A DNA stretch of 55,846 nucleotides from an uncultured bacterium. GTDB taxonomy: Bacteria; Electryoneota; Electryoneia; Electryoneales; Electryoneaceae. The notes under the pieces are model-generated. The model had not been told where the DNA came from, made no database searches, and saw nothing but the letters and a program-made list of their open reading frames with translations. The DNA is taken from assembly GCA_913009835.1 (NCBI GenBank), contig CAJVXH010000002.1:1-55846 (forward strand), in the 5' to 3' direction. Below are positions 1 to 8,545 of this stretch, piece by piece. The position numbers were made by a program, and so were the translations under genes. Positions within the stretch are counted from its first letter, which is position 1. Every line of letters begins with the position of its first letter.

Positions 1-117
1 CGGTTCGCAGGGATCATTTAACGACTGTCCTGAGTCCTGATAAATCAAACAGGCACCTTGTAACTTGCGGATCAACCCTGCTATCGCCTGCGGCGGTAAC
101 AGGGGCATATTCATCGT

Positions 118-160
118 CGGATAATCCCAGACATAAATGTCGTGGGCATGATGCAACCCC
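118..160 (+). repeat. Degenerate copy of the palindrome-bearing repeat module (P module) found at 6760-7140 and 53730-53993
   Basis: cggataatcccagacataaatgtcgtgggcatgatgcaac aligns with ctgataatcccagacataaatgtctggggcatgacacaac. The right palindrome arm is disrupted (TG to GT). It lies just downstream of the cheA stop. Confidence 0.6.
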
Positions 161-229
161 GCTGAAGCAACTGGATAACCGGACCCTGGTAAAAGCAATC
201 CAGATCACTCACTCCTGACTTAAAAAGCG

Positions 230-2701
230 TCAAGCAACTGATTGATCTCTGATCAGGTTGATCTGTTTCACCATCCCTGCCAGGTCGAGAATCAGACAGA
301 TGCTTCCATCTCCCAGGATTGTGCAACCTGAGACACAGGGTTGATCTGCGATGTACTCACTCAGCCCTTTTATGACTATTTGGCTTTGTCCCAGCAACTC
401 ATCCACAAACAGACCGAACGAGTTCCCATCCACCTCAAGGATGCTGATTATCCCATCCTCCAAGTTGGTGGAATCCGCTTCAATATCGAAGAGTTCATGT
501 AGTCGGAGTACCGGAAATAATTCTTCTCGTACTCGAATGATCTCTCGACCTTCCATGGGCCGCGTAATCATGTCGCTCGTTACTTGAAGCGATTCGCGTA
601 TGGCGGTGATGGGAATAACATATTTTTCCTCACCAACACGGAGCAGCATACTATCGATGATTGCCAGGGTCAGGGGGATACGTAGCGTGACTGTTGACCC
701 AACCCCTGTCTCGCTTTTGACTTCAACCCTACCCCTGATCTGTTCAAGATTTCTACGGACGACGTCCATTCCCACGCCACGTCCAGACACGCTCGTTACT
801 TTCTCAGCTGTAGAAAATCCGGGTTGGAAGATGAACTGCCACACATCTTCATCCGGCATCAATTCCGCTTCCTCGAGAGTGACCAATTCGCGCTCAACAG
901 CCTTTTGCACGAGTTTGTCACGGTTCAATCCGTAACCGTCGTCTTTGATTGTGATCCAAACCTCGCCACCAACGTAGAACGCCTTGACCTCAACCTTGCC
1001 TGCTCTTTCTTTTCCAACCTTTACCCGTTCTTCAGGTGCCTCGATCCCATGATCGATGGAGTTACGCAGGATATGGACCAGTGGATCTGTGATTTTCTCG
1101 ATGACCGTCTTGTCTACTTCAGTTTCCTCACCTTCAATCTCCAACTCAACAACTTTGTTGGATTTCTGTGCGACATCTCGAACCAGACGGTGCAAACGGC
1201 GGAAGGTGCCCGCTAAGGGAATCATCCTGATCGAAGTAGATATATCTTGCAGGTCGCGTGTGATCTTATTCAGCTGTACTGCCGCACGTTCAAATCGATC
1301 CAGTGGAATATCGACATCCTGCAAATCGGGATTCTGGGCAACCATCGATTCTGCGATCACCAGTTCACCGACCAAATCGAGCAGATGGTCCACTTTTTCA
1401 ACATCGACACGAACCGACTGTCTCTGTTGCATCGGTTGCCTGGCTTGTTGCTTGGGTGCTTTCACTGCTGCCGGGGCGCCATTGCTCTTAGATTTCACAG
1501 GTGCGACTTCAGCCGCAGGTTTTTCAGCAGAATCTGATGTCGTCGGTTTTTCAACGACAGTTTCACCTTCCTCGGTGGGAACCTGAGCTTCAGACGATTC
1601 CATTGTGGTTTCATCAGGTGTTGATGCCGTGAATTCGCTCGCATCCATCTTGGCAATTGGTACGCCGACCGTATCTTCGAGCAGATGCAGCAGACCGGAT
1701 GCAGCCGGGATTCTACCATCTCCCGTGGTCGCAACAGATTTCAGACTATTACCAAGAAAATCAATGATCTCAAGTAACATGCTCACAGTCTGCGGATTGT
1801 ATTCGACCTTTTTGTTTCGGTAGAGGTCCAGTATGCTTTCCGCGCCATTGCTAAGCGTCATCATGTCCCTGAAATCGACGAAACCGCAATTTCCTTTGAA
1901 GCTATGTAGCGCCCGGAAAGCTTCCTGTAAAGCAGCTTCATCCTCCGTGTCTCTTTCGAAACGCATCAAGGAGTCTTCCGCAATCGCCAGCAATTCCTCT
2001 GATTCGGTTGCAAACTGGCTGAGGATCTCCGGTGTCAACGGAACCAAGTCAGGAATTGACTGATCATTCACGGCAGGTGCAGGAGTGGACTCTTCCTCTT
2101 CAACCGTCTCCGGAACTGATGCCGGTGCTTCAGCTTCGACCTCAGATTCAACTTCAGCTTCGACCTCAGATTCAACTTCAGCTTCGACCTCAGATTCAAC
2201 TTCAGCTTCGACCTCAGATTCGACAATTACAGCCTCTTCGACCGGAGATACGTTCTCGCCTCCATCTCGGATTGCGGCAATAGCTCCGCGGAGTTCCTCA
2301 GCAACTTTATCCGCTTCCTCATCATGGCCTTCCTCGTTCCAGTCTGTAGCGATCTGATCGAGCAGTTTGCGGAGGAAATCGCTGGCGCGGTTTATTAAAT
2401 CGACATGAGATGCAGTGAGTTTTCCTTCACCCTTGCGGAATATATCGAGCAGAGTTTCAGCTTCGTGTGTTACCCTGCTGACTAGCTTGAGGTCCAGGAA
2501 TCCGGCACCACCCTTCAAAGAGTGGAAAAGTCGGAAAATGGTATTGATTGTCTCGGAATCTATCTCGCCCGAATCACCAGTCGTCGCTTGTGATTCCAGT
2601 TCTATGATCAACGGCTCAGCATCGTCAATCAATTCACGGCCTTCTTCGACGAAGCTCTGCAGTAGTTCCTGCTGTTCTTGTTCTTCAGGAGTCATGCTCA
2701 T
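230..2701 (-). CDS. cheA: Chemotaxis histidine kinase CheA with two HPt-like domains, kinase core and C-terminal CheW-like domain
   Basis: 823-aa ORF. Two HPt motifs (FHSLKGGAGFLDL and LHSFKGNCGFVDF), N-box HILRNSIDHGIE, G1 DDGYGL, G2 GRGVGMDVV, and a CheW-like tail. Confidence 0.92.
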   Translation of the reverse strand: MSMTPEEQEQQELLQSFVEEGRELIDDAEPLIIELESQATTGDSGEIDSETINTIFRLFHSLKGGAGFLDLKLVSRVTHEAETLLDIFRKGEGKLTASHVDLINRASDFLRKLLDQIATDWNEEGHDEEADKVAEELRGAIAAIRDGGENVSPVEEAVIVESEVEAEVESEVEAEVESEVEAEVESEVEAEAPASVPETVEEEESTPAPAVNDQSIPDLVPLTPEILSQFATESEELLAIAEDSLMRFERDTEDEAALQEAFRALHSFKGNCGFVDFRDMMTLSNGAESILDLYRNKKVEYNPQTVSMLLEIIDFLGNSLKSVATTGDGRIPAASGLLHLLEDTVGVPIAKMDASEFTASTPDETTMESSEAQVPTEEGETVVEKPTTSDSAEKPAAEVAPVKSKSNGAPAAVKAPKQQARQPMQQRQSVRVDVEKVDHLLDLVGELVIAESMVAQNPDLQDVDIPLDRFERAAVQLNKITRDLQDISTSIRMIPLAGTFRRLHRLVRDVAQKSNKVVELEIEGEETEVDKTVIEKITDPLVHILRNSIDHGIEAPEERVKVGKERAGKVEVKAFYVGGEVWITIKDDGYGLNRDKLVQKAVERELVTLEEAELMPDEDVWQFIFQPGFSTAEKVTSVSGRGVGMDVVRRNLEQIRGRVEVKSETGVGSTVTLRIPLTLAIIDSMLLRVGEEKYVIPITAIRESLQVTSDMITRPMEGREIIRVREELFPVLRLHELFDIEADSTNLEDGIISILEVDGNSFGLFVDELLGQSQIVIKGLSEYIADQPCVSGCTILGDGSICLILDLAGMVKQINLIRDQSVA
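2128..2223. repeat. Four tandem 24-bp repeats inside cheA encoding an acidic (SEVEAEVE)n linker
   Basis: Unit cttcagcttcgacctcagattcaa starts at 2128, 2152, 2176 and 2200 (last copy ends cga). In frame, between the two HPt domains. Confidence 0.9.
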
Positions 2702-2865
2702 TCCTCCAGTAATTCAGTTAATCTTATAAAAATGTAAATTGTGCTCTCAGAAGCCCAAAAGCAATAGTCCTCCCGCATTTACTTTTCGTAAACCGAGAAC
2801 TCCGGACTCTCAATTGAATTATTATGGTTACTGTATAATTATGGGAAATCGATGGCATATACCGC

Positions 2866-2894
2866 AAAAAACCCCGTGTTATCACAGGGTTTTT
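2866..2894 (-). terminator. Rho-independent terminator after the ileS/dksA-like unit
   Basis: Minus-strand RNA reads CCCUGUG-AUAA-CACGGGG (7 bp, one G-U) followed by UUUUUU. It lies about 40 nt downstream of the stop at 2935. Confidence 0.7.
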
Positions 2895-2934
2895 GTAGGT
2901 AAAAAATGTCTTGGGGAGAGGCTACGGGGTGGTA

Positions 2935-3396
2935 CTAACGCCCCTCCTCTTCGCGAGCTCGTTTGGCCTTAATTGATAGCGTCGCGTGCGGGACCGCTTC
3001 CAGACGAGCGAACTCGATCGGAATTCCGGTGTCAACGCAATACCCATATGTGCCGTGTTTCATTCTTTCGAGGGCTGCCATCAGGCCACGGAGGAACTTG
3101 TGTTCACGTTGCGCGAATAGTAGAGCTTTTTCGCGCTCCTGCATATCGGTACCCTGGTCGGCCATATGCAGACTGTAGGTTGAATTGTCACCGGAGTATT
3201 CCTCGAGGCTTTTCAGGCTGCTCTCCTCGAGGTATCCGAGCTCCTTCCTGACTCCCTTGATCTTTTCCTGGATGATGGTGCGAAAGTGCTCCTCATCTTC
3301 AGGTTTATATCGACGGGTGCCATCGTCAAAATCCGGTTTCGGACTCCACGCTGGCCCTTCCTTGATCTCCGTCTTGTCAACTTTTTTCTTTGCCAT
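2935..3396 (-). CDS. DksA/TraR-family regulator-like protein with a degenerate zinc finger
   Basis: C-terminal GTYGYCVDTGIPIEFARLEAVPHATL resembles the DksA/TraR finger, but only one Cys is retained. Start set at MAKKK (3396), 4 nt after the ileS stop. The longer ORF to 3450 would overlap ileS. Confidence 0.75.
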   Translation of the reverse strand: MAKKKVDKTEIKEGPAWSPKPDFDDGTRRYKPEDEEHFRTIIQEKIKGVRKELGYLEESSLKSLEEYSGDNSTYSLHMADQGTDMQEREKALLFAQREHKFLRGLMAALERMKHGTYGYCVDTGIPIEFARLEAVPHATLSIKAKRAREEEGR

Positions 3397-3400
3397 CCTG

Positions 3401-6400
3401 CTACTCCACCGATTCACTGGGTACGGGTTCAATATACAACTGAACAGCATTGCCGTTCACATCAATCTTATCATTCGACTCACCAAGCTCTTGAACAACG
3501 ATCCGAATAGCAAGTACTTCTCGCTCGATTAGAGCCAGATGTTTTTCGACAGCTACACGCATTTCCTCCTCAGCGCAAATCTTGAGTTCAATCCGCTGAG
3601 TGACCTCGAACTGCCTGTCTTTGCGCCGATTTTGAATACGGTTTATCAGTTCACGAACCAGTCCTTCGGCACGCAAATCATCGCTGAGCCGTTTGTCAAG
3701 TGCCAGCAGCACTTCGCCATCCTCATTAACCACCAGGTGTTCGGGAGCTTCTTGTGAGAGGACAACATCATCCGGTCCGAAGGTCTCACCTTCCAGAACA
3801 ACGGTATCCCCATCAGCCCAACTAGCGGTCATATCAGGCGTTGCCTGCATGATTCTGGGAGCCCATATTTTCACATCCTTGCCAAATCTTGGTCCCAGAG
3901 CCGGGAAATTGGGCTTGGCGTGGAAAGTGATGAGCTCGTTGGCAGAATCGGCGAATTCTATTTCCCGAACATTCAATTCATCGAGAATCAACTCCTGTAA
4001 ATCCTTGAGCATCTCGCGCTGGGTCTCTTCGGCGACGAGGATCAGTTTCGCCAATGGTTGGCGTACTTTCAGCCGCGCAATTTCACGAGCCGCTCGTCCT
4101 ACTGATACAACAGCTCGCGCGTAATCCATGCTGGCTTTCAGCTTGTCGTCACGTAGAGAATCATCCGCTTCCGGCCATTTTTCGAGGTGGATCGAATCGA
4201 GTGCTTCCGGCATTCGCCCTCGGACCAGGTTCTGGTATATGGTTTCGCTGATGAATGGTGCAAACGGTGCGAGCACCTTGCTGAATCCAGTGAGGATATC
4301 GTAGAGCGTTCTATATGCTCTAAGCTTGTCACCCTGGTCATCACTCTTCCAGAAACGTCTGCGGCTGCGCCGGATGTACCAGTTGGTCAGTCGATCGACG
4401 AAATCAGTGATCGCTGAGGCAGCAGGCATCACATCGTAGCTTTCCAAACTTTCGGTGACTTCGTTAACAAGATCGTTAAACGCGGTCAGAATCCAACGAT
4501 CTATGGGAGTGGGCTCCACCATCTCATATTCTTCGTTGGGATCCCATCCATCCACATTTGCATAGGTGACGAAGAAACTGTAAGCGTTCCACAGTGGAAT
4601 GAACACCTGCTTCAGGCAATCCCTCAGCGGCTCTTCGCCGAAACGGATTGGCAACCAGGGGTTGTTGCGGAAGAATGACCAGCGGACAGCGTCCGCACCA
4701 TACTTATCCATAATCGGTATTGGCGCAACCACGTTCCCAATCGACTTGGACATCTTGTGTCCAGTCTCATCGAGGACCAGGTTTGTGCAGATCACGTTCT
4801 TATAACTGGACCAGCGATCTTTATTCTCGTCTCCTCGTGCTTTAGCTAGTAAAGTGGAGGCCGCCAGCAGGCTGTAGAACCAGCCGCGTGTCTGATCCAA
4901 TCCTTCGCAGATGAAATCAGCCGGATATTGCTTGTTGAAATAATCTTTTGCCCCCTCGGCTTTCGGGTAGCCAACTTGCCCCCAGGGCATGATGCCGGCG
5001 TTGAACCAGCTGTCGAGCACAAAGTTCTCACGGCGGAGTGCGACACCATCCTCGGTGTGCAAAACCACGTCATCGATCCGCGGTTTATGAATGTCGGCAT
5101 CTGTACTGAACGGTTCATCACCCTGACGGACAAGGTGTTTGTTGAGTTCCTCAATCGAGGAGATGACAACCGCATGTTCATCATTTTCACTGGTCCAGAC
5201 TGGCAGCGGTGATCCCCAGAAGCGTTCACGGGTGATGTTCCAGTCGATCACATTTTCCAGCCACTTGCCAAATCGTCCTTCACGGATGTGGTCGGGGATC
5301 CAGTTGATACGCTCGTTTGCCTCGAGCATTTCGTCACGCATCGCTCTCGCCCGGATGAACCAGCCGGGTCGCGGGTAATAGACCAGCGGAGTGCCGGTTT
5401 TATAGTTGAACGGGTAGGTATGAGTGTGCTTTGCCTTGGCGAACAGCAGCCCACGGCTGGCCAGATTCTTCAGGATTTCAATTCCCAGATCCTCATCCTT
5501 GAACCAGCGTCCCAGCCATTCCGCTTCGCCTTCTACAACTTTGCCACGTTCGTTGACACGAAGCGTGAAATCGAGTTTATGCTGTTTGATAAGGCGATAG
5601 TCATCTTCCCCGTACGGGGCGAGATGAACCAGCCCGGTACCTTCGTCTGCGGTTACATAATCATCGACGAGCACAAAATGCCCACGTTGATCTTTGTCCA
5701 ACGTCTGGAAGTCCCACAGCGGATGGTATTCCATATTCGCCAGCTCAGTGCCAGCAAATGTGGCTTCGATCTCGTAATTGTCTTTCCCGCCGAGGAATCC
5801 GTCCAGCGCTTCCAGTCTTGATTTGGCAAGGATCAGACGTTCACCGGCCTTGTTGAGATTGTTGGCGCTGACGTTTTTCATCCGGATGCGAACATATGCC
5901 AGATCCGGCCCGGCAGTGATTGCGATGTTTGACAGCAAGGTCCAGGCGGTGGTTGTCCAGACCACCAGGAAGGTGCTTTCCTGACCAATTACCGGCATCT
6001 TCGCGAACAGAGAGAGTTCGGTGACTTCCTTATAGCCTTGCGCGACCTCAAAGTTTGAGAGAGTGGTTCCCTGTGTGGGGCACCAGGCACTTACCCGGTA
6101 ATCCTTATAGAGGAAGCGGTCACTGCCGATGAGATTAGTCTTGTCAACGAACTCCGGCTTGACCTTGGTGTTCCAGGCTTGCCTCAGCACCCACCAATCA
6201 CTCTGGATGTAATCGTTGGTGTAGGTAGCGTAGAAATTATCCAGATCGAGAAACCGTCCGACGCGGTGGATTGCATCTTCCCACTGAGACTTGTAACGGA
6301 ACACCGTCTTGCGGCAATAATCGACATACTTCTGTACGCCGTATGCTTCGATATCCTGTTTGGATGCCAGTTTCAGGTCACGGTCGGCGGTCAGCTCAAT

Positions 6401-6700
6401 TGGCAGGCCGTGGGTGTCCCATCCCGCCTTCCGCAGAACATGTCGGCCTTGCATGGTCTTGTACCGGGGCCACAAATCCTTTAACGCTGACTGCATTAGA
6501 TGACCGACATGTGGCGGGCCGTTGGTACCCGGAGGGCCATCAAAGAAGACGTAGTCCTCCCCACCCTTACGCTCGTCGATGCTGCGTTGGAAGATGTCCT
6601 CTTTCTTCCACAAATCGAGTATTGCGTGGTCCTGTTTTGGGAAATCAGGTGGGTTCGGTACCTGCTCGAACACCGGTTTGGGTGATTTATTCTGACTCAT
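3401..6700 (-). CDS. ileS: Isoleucyl-tRNA synthetase
   Basis: 1099-aa ORF with class I motifs PHVGHLMQSAL (HIGH) and KMSKSIGN, plus the editing-domain insertion. Length is typical of the long IleS type. Confidence 0.95.
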   Translation of the reverse strand: MSQNKSPKPVFEQVPNPPDFPKQDHAILDLWKKEDIFQRSIDERKGGEDYVFFDGPPGTNGPPHVGHLMQSALKDLWPRYKTMQGRHVLRKAGWDTHGLPIELTADRDLKLASKQDIEAYGVQKYVDYCRKTVFRYKSQWEDAIHRVGRFLDLDNFYATYTNDYIQSDWWVLRQAWNTKVKPEFVDKTNLIGSDRFLYKDYRVSAWCPTQGTTLSNFEVAQGYKEVTELSLFAKMPVIGQESTFLVVWTTTAWTLLSNIAITAGPDLAYVRIRMKNVSANNLNKAGERLILAKSRLEALDGFLGGKDNYEIEATFAGTELANMEYHPLWDFQTLDKDQRGHFVLVDDYVTADEGTGLVHLAPYGEDDYRLIKQHKLDFTLRVNERGKVVEGEAEWLGRWFKDEDLGIEILKNLASRGLLFAKAKHTHTYPFNYKTGTPLVYYPRPGWFIRARAMRDEMLEANERINWIPDHIREGRFGKWLENVIDWNITRERFWGSPLPVWTSENDEHAVVISSIEELNKHLVRQGDEPFSTDADIHKPRIDDVVLHTEDGVALRRENFVLDSWFNAGIMPWGQVGYPKAEGAKDYFNKQYPADFICEGLDQTRGWFYSLLAASTLLAKARGDENKDRWSSYKNVICTNLVLDETGHKMSKSIGNVVAPIPIMDKYGADAVRWSFFRNNPWLPIRFGEEPLRDCLKQVFIPLWNAYSFFVTYANVDGWDPNEEYEMVEPTPIDRWILTAFNDLVNEVTESLESYDVMPAASAITDFVDRLTNWYIRRSRRRFWKSDDQGDKLRAYRTLYDILTGFSKVLAPFAPFISETIYQNLVRGRMPEALDSIHLEKWPEADDSLRDDKLKASMDYARAVVSVGRAAREIARLKVRQPLAKLILVAEETQREMLKDLQELILDELNVREIEFADSANELITFHAKPNFPALGPRFGKDVKIWAPRIMQATPDMTASWADGDTVVLEGETFGPDDVVLSQEAPEHLVVNEDGEVLLALDKRLSDDLRAEGLVRELINRIQNRRKDRQFEVTQRIELKICAEEEMRVAVEKHLALIEREVLAIRIVVQELGESNDKIDVNGNAVQLYIEPVPSESVE

Positions 6701-6759
6701 AATCTCTCAACGGGTGGTCCCGTTCTGCTCTCTCGTAGGGTACGTCGTCCTCACATCAC

Positions 6760-7140
6760 GTCATCCTGAACGAACGTGAAGGATCTCGGTGTTGACCTTC
6801 TGATAATCCCAGACATAAATGTCTGGGGCATGACACAACGCGTCATCCTGAACAGAACGCGTCATCCTGAACAGAACGCGTCATCCTGAACGTTTTTGTG
6901 AAGGATCTCGGTGTTGACCTTCTGATGATCCCAGACATAAATGTCTGGGGCATGACACAACGCGTCATCCTGAACTATTAACGCGTCATCCTGAACTATT
7001 AACGCGTCATCCTGAACAGAACGCGTCATCCTGAACGAACGTGAAGGATCTCGGTGTTGACCTTATGATCATCCCAGACATAAATGTCTGGGGCATGACA
7101 CAACGCGTCATCCTGAACTATTAACGCGTCATCCTGAACT
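6760..7140 (+). repeat. Mosaic intergenic repeat array: 10 exact copies of core GTCATCCTGAAC in 19/21-nt tandem units, plus three 82-84-nt long modules
   Basis: Core starts at 6760, 6842, 6861, 6880, 6964, 6985, 7006, 7025, 7107 and 7128. Long modules are 6760-6841, 6880-6963 and 7025-7106, each carrying the perfect inverted repeat CCCAGACAT-AA-ATGTCTGGG (e.g. 6808-6827). No ORF of 60 aa or more. Confidence 0.95.
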
Positions 7141-7632
7141 CTACTCGTCGGTCGAATTATTCTGTTCACGGATGCTATCCAAGGGATCATTCTCAAGCAA
7201 TTCGAGCAAATCCACCTGGTTCCGAAGAATCGTTTTCATTGAAAGTATGAACGACCGCCGCTGACCTTCCAGGCGTGCAATATCATCAAGAATCTGTTGG
7301 TGTTTCCGTCGACTGTCAGCTATAATCTGCTCGGATTCCAACCGTGCACCCTGCAATAACATGTCAGCTTCACGGCTGGATCTATCCTCCGCGTCACGGG
7401 CGGCTTTGGTAGCGTTGACCGCAGCGTCCTTCAGATTACTTTCCATCTGCTGAAATTCCTGCAGCTTCTGTTTCATTTCACTCAGCAGGCCTTGCAATTC
7501 CTTGTTCTCTCTGGTTGCTGCCTCATATTCATCGGCAACAGCGTCCAGAAAACCGCGCACCTCATCCTGATCGTACCCACGCATCTGGCGGCCAAATTCT
7601 TGTTTGCGAACATCCAACGGTGTCAATCTCAT
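7141..7632 (-). CDS. divIVA: DivIVA-domain cell-division/polarity protein
   Basis: N-terminus MRLTPLDVRKQEFGRQMRGYDQDEVRGFLDAV is the canonical DivIVA motif and the rest is coiled-coil. The yggS-divIVA-ileS order matches known synteny. Confidence 0.9.
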   Translation of the reverse strand: MRLTPLDVRKQEFGRQMRGYDQDEVRGFLDAVADEYEAATRENKELQGLLSEMKQKLQEFQQMESNLKDAAVNATKAARDAEDRSSREADMLLQGARLESEQIIADSRRKHQQILDDIARLEGQRRSFILSMKTILRNQVDLLELLENDPLDSIREQNNSTDE

Positions 7633-7639
7633 GGCTGCC

Positions 7640-8356
7640 TCAGCTTGGTCTTGGGCCGAAAATGGCGGTACCGATACGTACTAAAGTCGATCCCTCTTCA
7701 ATCGCGATCTTGTAGTCGCCAGTCATGCCCATCGACAATATGTTCATGGAGATATTTGGCAGATTCATCTTTGTCAGAGCGTCAGCGGCCTTACGGACAT
7801 CTCTGAACGAACTTCGGATCTCATCCTCATTGTCTGAATTGGCACCTATTGCCATCAATCCGTCAACACGGATATGATCGCATTTTGCAGCCGCCTCCGC
7901 AAGTGATGGAAGCTGACTGATGGGTATACCGCCCTGCATTTCCGCACCACTCACATTCACTTGCAGCAATATGGACTTTGACACATTCAGTTCACCAGCT
8001 ATTCGATCTACCCGGTTCAGCAACTTGACCCTGTCAATAGATTGAATGGAGTGAAAGCACTCCAGAATCGGCTTAACCTTATTGCTCTGAAGGGCACCTA
8101 TGAATGACCAATGAATATCATCCGAAAGATCCGAAAAACGGAGGCGAATTGTCTCAATCTTCTCAGCTGCGCCCTGAAGGCGACTCTCGCCGAAGACACG
8201 TTGACCGGCCTCTATAGCCTCCGCTACCGCTCCCGCGGGCTGATATTTACTAACCGCGACCAGGGAGATCGTACTCGGGTCACGACCCACTTCTTGTGCA
8301 GTCTGCGAAATCTGATCCCGTATTTTCTGCAACCGCTCAGTGATGTTCGATGGCAT
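7640..8356 (-). CDS. yggS: YggS-family PLP-binding (PLP homeostasis) protein
   Basis: LVAVSKYQP (PLP lysine) and an alanine-racemase-N-like fold pattern. Start set at MPSNITERL (8356); the ORF extends to 8473 but that extension looks non-native. Confidence 0.88.
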   Translation of the reverse strand: MPSNITERLQKIRDQISQTAQEVGRDPSTISLVAVSKYQPAGAVAEAIEAGQRVFGESRLQGAAEKIETIRLRFSDLSDDIHWSFIGALQSNKVKPILECFHSIQSIDRVKLLNRVDRIAGELNVSKSILLQVNVSGAEMQGGIPISQLPSLAEAAAKCDHIRVDGLMAIGANSDNEDEIRSSFRDVRKAADALTKMNLPNISMNILSMGMTGDYKIAIEEGSTLVRIGTAIFGPRPS

Positions 8357-8545
8357 ATGTATCTCTTCTCCAAAGCATGCGCAAATATAGAGGCGACCTT
8401 CCTCAGAGGCAAGTTGTGATAACATCGGCAAAGTAATCCTGAATCTGAGGATGATACTTCTTCTCGGGATCATTCTCTCCTGTTTGTCGGAGTACTCTCA
8501 TCCGAGTACATTGCAAGTTAATTGGTAACTTGACGCGGGTTCCCC

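Noticed and set aside
6793-6821. Sigma-70-like promoter inside each long module (TTGACC, 17 nt, ATAAAT) firing on the plus strand
   Set aside because: The -10 candidate matches TATAAT poorly (it lacks the invariant A2 in register) and lies within the palindrome. It would drive antisense transcription with no plus-strand gene to serve. It cannot be excluded without TSS mapping, but it is not supportable as a feature.
6760-7140. Possible CRISPR array
   Set aside because: The repeat core is only 12-14 nt, and the intervening 5-9 nt are identical between units rather than unique spacers. The long modules are themselves repeated, and no cas genes are in the window.
6701-7140. T-box or other leader riboswitch upstream of ileS
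   Set aside because: There is no specifier-loop or T-box (AGGGUGGNACCGCG-like) sequence. The region is fully explained by the repeat modules.
8357-8473. N-terminal extensions of several ORFs: yggS to 8473, GT4 to 25096, GT2 to 23822, bamA to 36437, skp to 34099, rdgB to 54647, dksA-like to 3450
   Set aside because: The extensions overlap the upstream gene or precede a clear signal peptide or conserved N-terminus. Internal ATGs give ATGA-type coupling or proper signal peptides, so the shorter models were preferred.
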